From an uncultured Gammaproteobacteria bacterium (lineage in GTDB: Bacteria > Pseudomonadota > Gammaproteobacteria > JACCXJ01), in NCBI GenBank assembly GCA_963764725.1, contig CAVXTM010000007.1:29230-93229 (forward strand): DNA of 64,000 nucleotides. Direction: 5' to 3'. Below the pieces are notes generated by a model that was not told where the DNA came from, did not search any database, and saw only the letters and a list, made by a program, of their open reading frames with translations. The position numbers and the translations under genes are program-made. Shown here piece by piece: positions 12,473 through 20,881 of the stretch. Position 1 is the stretch's first letter. Each line of letters opens with the position of its first letter.

Positions 12473-12575
12473 CCCGGCCTTGCCGCGGGCACCTTAGCGA
12501 TGGGGTTTCCAAAGGGGAGAGGCGCACCTCTCCCCTTTGGTCGCCCCAGCAGGTTTATACCCCGTGGTGGCGAAT
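12473..12575 (+). repeat. triple-hairpin intergenic repeat, copy A
   Basis: Shares the core cttgccgcggg..ccttagc.atggggtttccaaaggggagaggcgca.ctctcccctttggtcgcccca with 27056-27160 (4 mismatches in a hand-aligned 70 nt) and, inverted, with 20735-20836. Lies between convergent genes. Confidence 0.85.
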
Positions 12576-12601
12576 TTAAGTTTACCCAAGCGCGATCGCG
12601 T

Positions 12602-13489
12602 TCAGTTTACCGCCTCCGCGGGCTTCGCCGCGGCGCCTTTCCTGATGGTGGCCACGGTAATGACAAGGATGCTCAGGAGCATTGCCCCGATACCGATTAT
12701 TTTGATTGCGGGAAACTCTTCGCCAAACACACCGTAACCGGCCAACAAGGTCACCGGACGTTGGGTAATGATCACCAAGGGCACACTGACCGAGACATCA
12801 CCGTGCGCCAAGGCGATCTGCATGAAGATAAAGCCGATGAGGCTGAATACGACGATGAATAGAACAGGCCAGAGAGTGATAAACGCGCTGAGACTTTCCC
12901 ACGACGTGATCGAAAAATAGCCGAGCTGCGAGGCGATCAGATTGGTATTCACCTTGAGAAAGATCTCCACGTTTCCGAAAGCGATCCCGGCGCAAGTGGC
13001 GAAATAGATTTCATGGATCGGGCGTTCGTCCCGCAACGCCCCCGCCACCAGAGCGATGATCGCGATCAATGACAGCCCGGTGACGACACCTAGTGGAAAT
13101 AGGTAGGTTTCGTGGCCTGTCGATGGATCGCTGACAAAAAGCAGGATGGCCGTACCCAAGATCGCAGTGATCACACCGATCCATTGCTCCCGGGAGAGAA
13201 TCTCCTGCAGGAACAGATAACCGAGGATCAAGGTAAAGACATAGGCAAAGTTCAGGAGCGGGTAGACCAGGGTGATATCCGCCAACGACTGGATCTCGAT
13301 GATGATCAGGTTGGCAATTGCCCCCGCCAGCCAACCCGCGAGCCAGAACTTGTTGCGGATCGCGGCCCGAGCCTTTTGTTTCCAGCTCGCGCGCTGCGGC
13401 AGCTCACGTTGGAGCGCATACTTGCAAAGCACGGCGCTTGCCCCGTACAGGACGCAACAAAAGATCACGATCGCTCCGTATAGAAACAT
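12602..13489 (-). CDS. DMT/EamA-like multi-pass membrane permease (uncertain)
   Basis: 295 aa, about 10 predicted TM helices arranged as two similar halves. Confidence 0.45.
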   Translation of the reverse strand: MFLYGAIVIFCCVLYGASAVLCKYALQRELPQRASWKQKARAAIRNKFWLAGWLAGAIANLIIIEIQSLADITLVYPLLNFAYVFTLILGYLFLQEILSREQWIGVITAILGTAILLFVSDPSTGHETYLFPLGVVTGLSLIAIIALVAGALRDERPIHEIYFATCAGIAFGNVEIFLKVNTNLIASQLGYFSITSWESLSAFITLWPVLFIVVFSLIGFIFMQIALAHGDVSVSVPLVIITQRPVTLLAGYGVFGEEFPAIKIIGIGAMLLSILVITVATIRKGAAAKPAEAVN

Positions 13490-13606
13490 TTATACTTCCG
13501 TTCCTTTGAGTCCGCGCGGACTGCGCAAGTGCTTAGCGGTTCGATGATGACACCAATCCGCGCCGATTGTAACCCCGTAGGATAAAATCAGCGCTCAAGT
13601 GAGGCT

Positions 13607-16195
13607 GTGATGAAAAACGCTGCGGCCGCTGGCGTCGATACGACCGCCTTGGCCTACCAGGTCGGGAAGAAGCTCGCCGTGCACATCGGCGCGCTGGTGA
13701 GCCTGGCAATCGTCACGCTTGCCCTCTGGGTCTTGTATCACACCCTGCACGAGATCCGTCTCCGTGACGTCATCAATAGTTTCAACGATCTCCCGGCTGC
13801 ATCGATCCTCTTAGCGTTCCTGATCACCGCGGTCAGCTACCTCGTCGTCACCGGCTACGACGTCCTCGCATTGCACCACCTTCAAAGGCCCTTACCGTAC
13901 TGGCGCACAGCGCTCGCCTCGTTCCTCGCCTCGGCGTTTGGCAATAACGTTGGGTTCACCATGCTCACCGGCGGCTCGATAAGGTATCGGATCTATTCGC
14001 AAGCGGGGCTCTCGGCGATCGAGATCGCCGGCGTCACCACCATGTGCTCCCTGACCACCGTGATGGGGATGGTCTTTATCTTCGCGGTGTCGCTGCTGTT
14101 TGCGAGCGGGGACGTCAGCGACACCGCGCTTCAACTCCCGCCGGGCGTGCGCCGCTACGTGGGCTTTTCCATCATGGCCGTGATAGTGGGGTACTTGATC
14201 GTGTCCGCCCTACGCCCGATCACTTTCACCACCGACAATTGGTCGCTGCGGCTCCCGACCGCCAAGACCGCCTTGGCGCAAGGCGGGCTGGCGACGCTCG
14301 ACCTGCTGCTTGTCGGCACCCTGATTTATACCCTGCTGCCAACGCATGCGGGAACCGACTTTATTAGCTTTTTAGGCATCTTCGCGCTCGCCATGATGGC
14401 CGGTAGCATGAGCAACGTCCCGGGCGGCATCGGGGTGTTCGAGACCGTACTGCTGCTCGGTCTTCCCGAGATCCCGCCCGCCGCGCTGCTAGGTTCCGTG
14501 CTCTTGTTCCGATGCGTATATTACCTCTCGCCCTTGAGCCTTGCGGCCATCCTGTTCGCCGCCTACGAGCTGGTCGTGCGGCGCGCCCGCATTCTTCGCA
14601 TCCGCGGCGCCGCCACCGATTGGCTGGCGGAGATTGGTCCTCAGATCATGAGCGTAATTATCGTTTTCGCCGGCATCGTCCTGCTTTTTTCGGGCGCCAT
14701 ACCCACCTACGGCGAGCGCCTACGGATCCTGCATGACTCCGTGCCGCTTGGCATTGTCGAGATCGCCCATCTCGTCGCTAGCGCGGCGGGGATTGGGCTC
14801 ATTATCCTCGCGCGCGGTATTTCCCGGCGCTTATCCAGGGCCTATGGTCTCTCGGCGCTACTACTCGGGCTCGGGATCCCAGCCGTCCTGCTTAAGGGCT
14901 TGGACTACCAGGAAGCCGTCATTCTCGCTACTGTCCTCATCGTGCTGCTACCCACGCGCAGGGAGTTTCACCGTCACTCTTCTCTGTTTAGCCAGGGGTT
15001 TACCGTGGAATGGGTCTCCGCGCTAACGGCGATCCTAGCGGTCACGGTTTGGCTCGGGCTCTTCAATTTTAAGCATCTGATCTACTCGCACGAGCTTTGG
15101 TGGCAATTCGCCTACGATGCCGATCTGCCGCGCTTCCTGCGCGCTATGTTCCTCGTCTTCGGGATCACGAGCGGCGTCATGCTTTTTAACCTACTCCGCC
15201 CGGACCCGGTACCCGAGCCTCTACATGATCTCGACAAAGTCCGGCGTATCGTGCGAACAGACCCCGATACGCGGGCGAACATCGCCCTTCTCGGCGACAA
15301 GCGCTTGCTTTTCAGCCACTCAGGAAATGCCTTCATCATGTACCAGGTCCAAGGCAAGAGCTGGGTCGCCTTGGGGGACCCCGTAGGCGCGCCGGACGAG
15401 CGGTCGCAGTTGCTCTGGACCTACCGCGAGCTATGTGACCGCTACGGCGGCTGGGCCGTGTTTTACTTGGTGGATGCCGCCAACCTTTCCCTGTACGTCG
15501 ACCTCGGACTCTCGCTCCTCAAGCTCGGGGATGAGGCTCGAGTGCGCTTGGATGAATTTTCACCCCTCAACGTCGCCAGCGCCCAATTGCGTGAGATACA
15601 CCGCGAGCTTCGCGAGCAAGGCATGCGTTTCGACATGGTGCGCTCCGCCGATGTCGCCCCGCTGCTCCCGGAGCTAAGAGAGGTCTCCGAGGCCTGGCTT
15701 CACGAAAAGCAAGCCCGTGAACAGGGCTTCTCTAAGGGATACTTCGACGAGAGTTACATTGGCCGGCTGCCCATCGCCGTGGTCCGCGCTGGGCAGCGCA
15801 TCGTCGCCTTTGCTATCTTGTGGGCCAGCCGCAACAAAGAGGAACTGGCGCTTGACCTCATGCGTTACCATCCCGATGCCCCGGCCGGGGTCATCGATTA
15901 TCTCTTAGTCGAGCTCATGCTCGGCGGCAAGGCGCAAGCTTATCGCTGGTTCAACCTCGGGATCGCCCCGCTCTCAAACTTCGACGCACACCCCCTCGCG
16001 CCCCTTTGGCAACGTGTCGGTAAGCTCATGTACCGGCAGAGCGAGCACTTCCAGAACATCGAAAGCCTGCGCCGTTACGAAGAGAACTTCAAACCCGTAT
16101 GGCGCCCAAAATACCTGGCCTCGCCGGGGGGCCTGAATCTGCCGAGGATCCTCCGGGACATCGGGCGCTTGATCGCGGACGGTCAAAGGGTGTAG
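13607..16195 (+). CDS. mprF: MprF-type bifunctional aminoacyl-phosphatidylglycerol synthase/flippase
   Basis: 862 aa. The N-terminal multi-TM half is LPG-synthase-TM-like. The C-terminal soluble half is typical of lysyl/alanyl-PG synthases (FIMYQVQGKSWVALGDPVG...YLVDAAN...FSKGYFDE...RYEENFKPVWRPKYLA). Confidence 0.85.
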   Translation: MMKNAAAAGVDTTALAYQVGKKLAVHIGALVSLAIVTLALWVLYHTLHEIRLRDVINSFNDLPAASILLAFLITAVSYLVVTGYDVLALHHLQRPLPYWRTALASFLASAFGNNVGFTMLTGGSIRYRIYSQAGLSAIEIAGVTTMCSLTTVMGMVFIFAVSLLFASGDVSDTALQLPPGVRRYVGFSIMAVIVGYLIVSALRPITFTTDNWSLRLPTAKTALAQGGLATLDLLLVGTLIYTLLPTHAGTDFISFLGIFALAMMAGSMSNVPGGIGVFETVLLLGLPEIPPAALLGSVLLFRCVYYLSPLSLAAILFAAYELVVRRARILRIRGAATDWLAEIGPQIMSVIIVFAGIVLLFSGAIPTYGERLRILHDSVPLGIVEIAHLVASAAGIGLIILARGISRRLSRAYGLSALLLGLGIPAVLLKGLDYQEAVILATVLIVLLPTRREFHRHSSLFSQGFTVEWVSALTAILAVTVWLGLFNFKHLIYSHELWWQFAYDADLPRFLRAMFLVFGITSGVMLFNLLRPDPVPEPLHDLDKVRRIVRTDPDTRANIALLGDKRLLFSHSGNAFIMYQVQGKSWVALGDPVGAPDERSQLLWTYRELCDRYGGWAVFYLVDAANLSLYVDLGLSLLKLGDEARVRLDEFSPLNVASAQLREIHRELREQGMRFDMVRSADVAPLLPELREVSEAWLHEKQAREQGFSKGYFDESYIGRLPIAVVRAGQRIVAFAILWASRNKEELALDLMRYHPDAPAGVIDYLLVELMLGGKAQAYRWFNLGIAPLSNFDAHPLAPLWQRVGKLMYRQSEHFQNIESLRRYEENFKPVWRPKYLASPGGLNLPRILRDIGRLIADGQRV

Positions 16196-16213
16196 CCGGA
16201 TGCTAGACCAGGC

Positions 16214-17342
16214 ATGAAAAACTACAAGATTGCGTTGGTGAGTGACTGGTACTATCCGCGGGTGGGCGGTATCGAGTACGCGATCGACGCGCTGGGCCGC
16301 GGGCTTGTCACGCTTGGTCACGAGGTACACATTATCGCGCGGCTTTACGGCCGCGCCTCGGCGAGCGAGACCAGCAATGGCCTACCGATCGTAAGGCTGG
16401 AGAGTTGCCCGCTATCGGAGTATCTCTTGTCTCCGCGGGGATATAGATCCCTGCGAGATATCTTGCGCGCAGGGGATTTCGATATCATTCATAGCCACGG
16501 CCTCGACTCGCCGATGGCGATGGTGTCTCTCACTATCGCCGCCAAGCTCGGGATCCCGAGCATTATCACCAGCCATTCGCTGCTGGGAGAGTCGCTTTCA
16601 CAACGCGCCCTCTCATCGGGCGCAAAGGTTGTTCTCCGGCCTGCACAAGCGATCATCGCCGTAAGCTCTCCCGTCGAGCGCCAGGCACGGGCGATGTTCA
16701 GGGGTGCGGTCTTTCGCATCCCGAACGGTATCGATACGAACTCGCCCAACGGAGCGCTGCAACCCATCGCCCTGCCCCAAGGCCATGGGCCGGTCGTCGC
16801 CACAGTGGCGCGCATGAATAAACGCAAAGGCGTGCAGGATCTCATCACCGTCGCCACGATGTTAGTACCAAAAGCACCCGGATCTCCTGTTCCTTATGGT
16901 CGGCGATGGACCCCTGCGACTGCGGCTCGAACAAGGGATCCAGGCGTCAGGGCTCGGCCGGCATTTCCTGTTTACCGGTGGCGTTTCCCGCGCGACCGTG
17001 TTACACCTTCTGGGCCAGTCCGATGTCTTCGTCTCGCCTTCGCCGCGCGAGGCCTTCGGGATCTGCGTGCTCGAGGCGTTTCTGAAAAAGGTCCCGGTCG
17101 TGGCCCGCGGAAACACCGGGGTTTCAGACATCATTAGCCACCAGCAGACGGGCTTCCTTGCGGACGACGTGGCCGGCATTGCACACTATATTGATACGCT
17201 CATCCAGGACCCGGAACTGCGTTCGGCCGTCGCTCGCCGGGCTCACGAAGAGCTCGACAAATACCAGTGGAACACGGTCGCCAGGCAGGTTGAGCAGGTT
17301 TATGCGCATGCCACTCGTGAAACGGGCCGTTATTTCGGTTGA
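16214..17342 (+). CDS. GT4 (GT-B) glycosyltransferase with a PIG-A-like N-terminus, interrupted by a +1 frameshift (pseudogene or sequence error)
   Basis: N-terminal ORF 16214-: KIALVSDWYYPRVGGIEYA...IIHSHGLDSP...ITSHSLLGE...VATVARMNKRKG. It continues in another frame from 16866: HPDLLFLMVGDGPLR...VFVSPSPREAFGICVLEAF...VVARGNTGVSDII. The frames join at the A4 run 16870-16873. Confidence 0.8.
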
Positions 17343-18091
17343 TGTAGAGCAAGACTGTCCGCCATTCCTCGATTCGATGCGCGGGGTCGAGGAGGGCTTG
17401 CCGCGGCTGTGCGCGATGTTCGCGGCCGAAAGCGTATCGGCAACGTTCTTTTCCACCGGCCGGATCGCCGAGCTATATCCGGAACGCATCAGGGATATCT
17501 GCGCCGGAGGCCATGAGCTGGGCGGTCACGGTTATTCACACCGGCGTTTCGATCACATGGAGAATGCAGAGGCAAGGACCGATCTGGCAAAGACGCGACA
17601 GGCGCTCGAGCCGTTCAATTCTCAGTTAACTTCCTTCCGTGCGCCCAATCTGCGACTGCCGGCACGCTATGTGTCTCTCCTCGGCGCCCACGGCTTCCAT
17701 GTCGATTCATCGCTGGCCGCTTACAAACCCCCTTTCGCGCGCACAACCGTGGTCGCAAACGGCATCACACGCGTTCCTGTGTCCGTGACCTCCTCCGTAC
17801 TGCGGCTGCCGCTACCACTCGTCAAGGCCGTGCTCGGGCGGGTGCGCGACCCGGTGCTGTTCGTGCACCCCTGGGAGTTCGTCGATATGTCGCGAGACGG
17901 GGATCCGCCTCGATTGCCGCTTCAATACGGGCGAGCCGGCGCTCGCAAACCTAAGTGCGATCATTCGCTGGCTCAAAGAGACCGGCTACCGATTCCTGAC
18001 CTTAAGCGAGTTTGCCTCTCAGAGCCACGCGGGATGGATCAGAAGGGTAAGATACGCGAGCGTATCGCCGAGGCGCCGGCTTAAAGCGTAA
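17302..18091 (+). CDS. polysaccharide deacetylase (NodB homology / CE4), interrupted by a +1 frameshift
   Basis: AVISVDVEQD...ATFFSTGRIAE...GHELGGHGYSH...FRAPNL...FVHPWEFVDM. The conserved tail RLDCRFNTGEPALANLSAIIRWLKETGYRFLTLSEFAS is in the +1 frame. Removing one G from the G4 run 17899-17902 restores a single ORF ending at 18091. Confidence 0.75.
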
Positions 18092-18774
18092 CCACGGCTC
18101 GCCAGCATCGCCTGGCACCGTTTGCGTTCCACTTGGCGCATATATTCGTGCTCATAAAGCAGCACCCGCGGCTGCCCGCTTTCAAAGTCTATCTGCCGGA
18201 GGATTTCGTGGTCGTGACCTTCGGTATCGATGCAGAGAACATCGACGCGGGTAACGGCATGTTTCCGCAGTAAGGAGCTCAAGGTCACGCAGTGCACGAT
18301 CTCCTCGACAACGTAGCGGTCGAGGTCGGGGATCGCCCAGCGGTGGGACAGCAGTACCTCGCGATGAAAGCTCCCCAAGCCCGCGCACCACTGAGGTAAA
18401 TACTCACAATCCTCCCGGATGCGAAACAACGCCCGTTGCTCTTCGCGGTGCGAAATAGCGGCGTTCTCAAAGATGAGATTCGGGTGAGCGCGATAATTTT
18501 CTTGGAGCCTTGCGAAATAACACCGCACCGGCTCGACCAATAGCCCCGGCCAGCGGTAACGCCGCACGTAGTGGTAGAGGGGATCGTAGATCACGCCGTC
18601 GTTGGCCCCGATCTGGATAAAAAACAAGTCCGGTATGGTAGCGGCGCAGTGGTCCATCACCTTGCGCAAGGTCGGCCACGGCGGCAATCGGCATAAGAGG
18701 TCGAATAGCTTGACGAGACCCAAGCGAAGCTTGAGCCGGGTGTCGAGCGGTGGCACGCTCAGGGCGGGCGGCAT
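18019..18774 (-). CDS. FkbM-family methyltransferase
   Basis: FIQIGANDGVIYDPL...LLVEPV...IDTEGHDHEIL pattern typical of Methyltransf_21/FkbM proteins. Confidence 0.75.
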   Translation of the reverse strand: MPPALSVPPLDTRLKLRLGLVKLFDLLCRLPPWPTLRKVMDHCAATIPDLFFIQIGANDGVIYDPLYHYVRRYRWPGLLVEPVRCYFARLQENYRAHPNLIFENAAISHREEQRALFRIREDCEYLPQWCAGLGSFHREVLLSHRWAIPDLDRYVVEEIVHCVTLSSLLRKHAVTRVDVLCIDTEGHDHEILRQIDFESGQPRVLLYEHEYMRQVERKRCQAMLASRGYALSRRLGDTLAYLTLLIHPAWL

Positions 18775-18777
18775 GCG

Positions 18778-19443
18778 CTAAGCACGCGCAAGCAAGCTAC
18801 GGTAGACCAGCAGCGTCCTTTGCCCGGCCGTCCACAGCGTCGCTAAGGCGAGAAGATAAATCACTTCGACCAAGAGGCCTGAGAGGAGACCAATGACCAG
18901 CAAGATCACCCGCTCCGGCCGAGTGACTAACCCTTCCGCGCATGCTATCCCCAAGATTTCCGCACGCGCCCGGACATAACTCGTCATCATCCCGCCGAAC
19001 ATCGCGATGAATACCGCCGCCGCGGCAAATCCGCGGCCTTCCTCCGCGAAGCGGTAGGCGATCGCTGCGAACATGCTCGCTTCCCCAACGCGATCGAGGA
19101 GCGAATCGAGAAACCCGCCCAGTTCCGTCACTCGACCTGTGATCCGCGCGAGCATACCGTCGACCATATCGAACGAGCCGGCGCCCCAGAAAAGCAGACC
19201 GGCGGCCACTGGGTATCCAAGCAAGAATACCCAGCTCGCGACAATGGCCACCAGGCAACTGACGAGCGTCACTTGGTTCGGCGACACGCCACAGCGGGCT
19301 AATCCGCGGGCGACCGCATCCGCCAAGGCGAGCACCCCGCGCTTCGGATAGCCGCCTATCAGAATAGCGAGCCGCCATCTTTTTGTGAGCGCCGAGATCA
19401 TGGTTTCAGGCCAAACGTAATCGCAGGTGACAACTTCCTTCAC
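18778..19443 (-). CDS. CDP-alcohol phosphatidyltransferase family protein (candidate phosphatidylinositol-phosphate synthase)
   Basis: Signature D-G-x2-A-R-x8-G-x3-D-x3-D is seen as DMVDGMLARITGRVTELGGFLDSLLDRVGE. About 6 TM helices. Lies 26 nt downstream of the MIPS gene. Confidence 0.85.
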   Translation of the reverse strand: MKEVVTCDYVWPETMISALTKRWRLAILIGGYPKRGVLALADAVARGLARCGVSPNQVTLVSCLVAIVASWVFLLGYPVAAGLLFWGAGSFDMVDGMLARITGRVTELGGFLDSLLDRVGEASMFAAIAYRFAEEGRGFAAAAVFIAMFGGMMTSYVRARAEILGIACAEGLVTRPERVILLVIGLLSGLLVEVIYLLALATLWTAGQRTLLVYRSLLARA

Positions 19444-19469
19444 GCTAGCGTGAAGGGCCGGCGGGATGC

Positions 19470-20630
19470 CTATGCGATGGCCGCCGGGACCTCCCGCCGA
19501 GTCTGATCGGCAAGCTCATGGGGATCTCGAAAACCGCCTTTGATGAAGGCTTCCGTCATCCTAAAGGCCTCATCGTCCTGAACCTGAAACGGCGGATGTT
19601 TGTAAAAAAAAGCCGAGGGCGCGTGCAACACCCCAGATTGACCTCGCTCCAGCGCCAGTTTGGCGCAACGAATGGCGTCGATGGCGACCCCCGCAGAGTT
19701 CGGCGAGTCTTCCACCGACAGCCTTAACTCGATATTTACTGGGACATCCCCGAAGATCCGACCTTCCATGCGAACGAAACACACTTTGTTGTCTTTCTGC
19801 CACGGGACGAAGTCACTCGGGCCGATATGGATGTTCTCCTCGGACAATCTCTCCCCCGCGACCGATTGGACCGCTTCGGTTTTGGAGCGTTTTTTCGATT
19901 TCACCCTTGCACGGTTCAGCATATTGAGGAAATCCGTATTACCGCCGGTATTGAGCTGGTAGGTGCGCTCCAGCTTCACGCCGCGTTTACGGAAGAGATC
20001 CGTGAGCACGCGGTGGGTAATGGTTGCCCCCAACTGGGATTTGATATCGTCGCCGATGAGCGGCAGCCGGGCTTCGTGAAAGCGGCGCGCCCATACCGGA
20101 TCACTGGCGATGAAAACAGGAATATTATTGACCAAGGCCAAGCCCGCCTTCAAGGCGCAACCGGCATAAAAGCGTGTCGCGTCCTCGGAACCGACCGGCA
20201 GGTAATTGACCAGTATCTCGGCGCCTGACTCCGACAATGCGCGCACCACGTCTTCTTCGCTCGGCTCGGGCGCAAATGCGGTGACGAAGCTATGCCGCTC
20301 ATCGTAATCGTGCATGTGCTCGGAAACCCCATCGAGCACACGGCCCATGCGCACCGTGACACCGGCTCTGGCGATGTCCCGATGAAACACCTGGGTACAG
20401 TTCGGCGGCGCAAAGATCGCTTGCGCGAGATCCTGGCCCACTTTACGCTTATCGATGTCGAAGGCCGCGACAACCTCGAGATCCCGCGGGAGGTACCCGC
20501 CGATGTCCCAGTGCATTAAGCCGACGGCCTCCTCCGGATTTTTCTCCGCATAGTAATGAATACCCTGGATCAGCGAAGAGGCGCAATTTCCAATGCCCAC
20601 CACTGCCAGCTTGACCTTTTTGTTGTTCAT
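19470..20630 (-). CDS. ino1: inositol-3-phosphate synthase (myo-inositol-1-phosphate synthase)
   Basis: 386 aa. N-terminal Rossmann KVKLAVVGIGNCASSLIQGIHYY, plus SQLGATITHRVL and NTGGNTDFLN segments typical of bacterial/archaeal MIPS. Confidence 0.9.
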   Translation of the reverse strand: MNNKKVKLAVVGIGNCASSLIQGIHYYAEKNPEEAVGLMHWDIGGYLPRDLEVVAAFDIDKRKVGQDLAQAIFAPPNCTQVFHRDIARAGVTVRMGRVLDGVSEHMHDYDERHSFVTAFAPEPSEEDVVRALSESGAEILVNYLPVGSEDATRFYAGCALKAGLALVNNIPVFIASDPVWARRFHEARLPLIGDDIKSQLGATITHRVLTDLFRKRGVKLERTYQLNTGGNTDFLNMLNRARVKSKKRSKTEAVQSVAGERLSEENIHIGPSDFVPWQKDNKVCFVRMEGRIFGDVPVNIELRLSVEDSPNSAGVAIDAIRCAKLALERGQSGVLHAPSAFFYKHPPFQVQDDEAFRMTEAFIKGGFRDPHELADQTRREVPAAIA

Positions 20631-20734
20631 TATTCGTTACCCTTATAGCCATACTCAGCGCTAAACAAAGTGCGTCGATGGTGACTTTAGGCGCCCTTCG
20701 GGGGTAAAGCAAGCGTGCAGAAATCAATATACTG

Positions 20735-20836
20735 CGCGGGCAGGGTATTAACCCCGCCCTTGACCAAAGGGGAGAGTCGCGCTTCCCCTTCGGAAACCCC
20801 ATCGCTAAGGTACCCGCGGCAAGACTGCGGGGTATG
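20735..20836 (-). repeat. triple-hairpin intergenic repeat, copy B (inverted orientation)
   Basis: The reverse complement reads cttgccgcgggtaccttagcgatggggtttccgaaggggaagcgcgactctcccctttggtc...gggcggggttaataccctgccc. Sits between the eutBC stop and the MIPS start. Confidence 0.8.
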
Positions 20837-20881
20837 CGTTTCATAAGAGCGTGGGACTCTGCGACGCACTATGCAGTCAAA

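Noticed and set aside
12398-12862. ORFs that read through the triple-hairpin repeats and yield shared peptides such as LAMGFPKG (also 20449-20844 and 27035-27247)
   Set aside because: The similarity follows the DNA repeat regardless of frame or strand and stops at the repeat edges. This is a translation artefact of the repeat, not a protein family.
20320-20334. 15-nt identity (tcggaaaccccatcg) between the MIPS coding sequence and repeat copy B at 20790-20804
   Set aside because: The match is short and isolated, lies inside a conserved coding region, and has no flanking similarity. I cannot tell chance from a micro-homology footprint.
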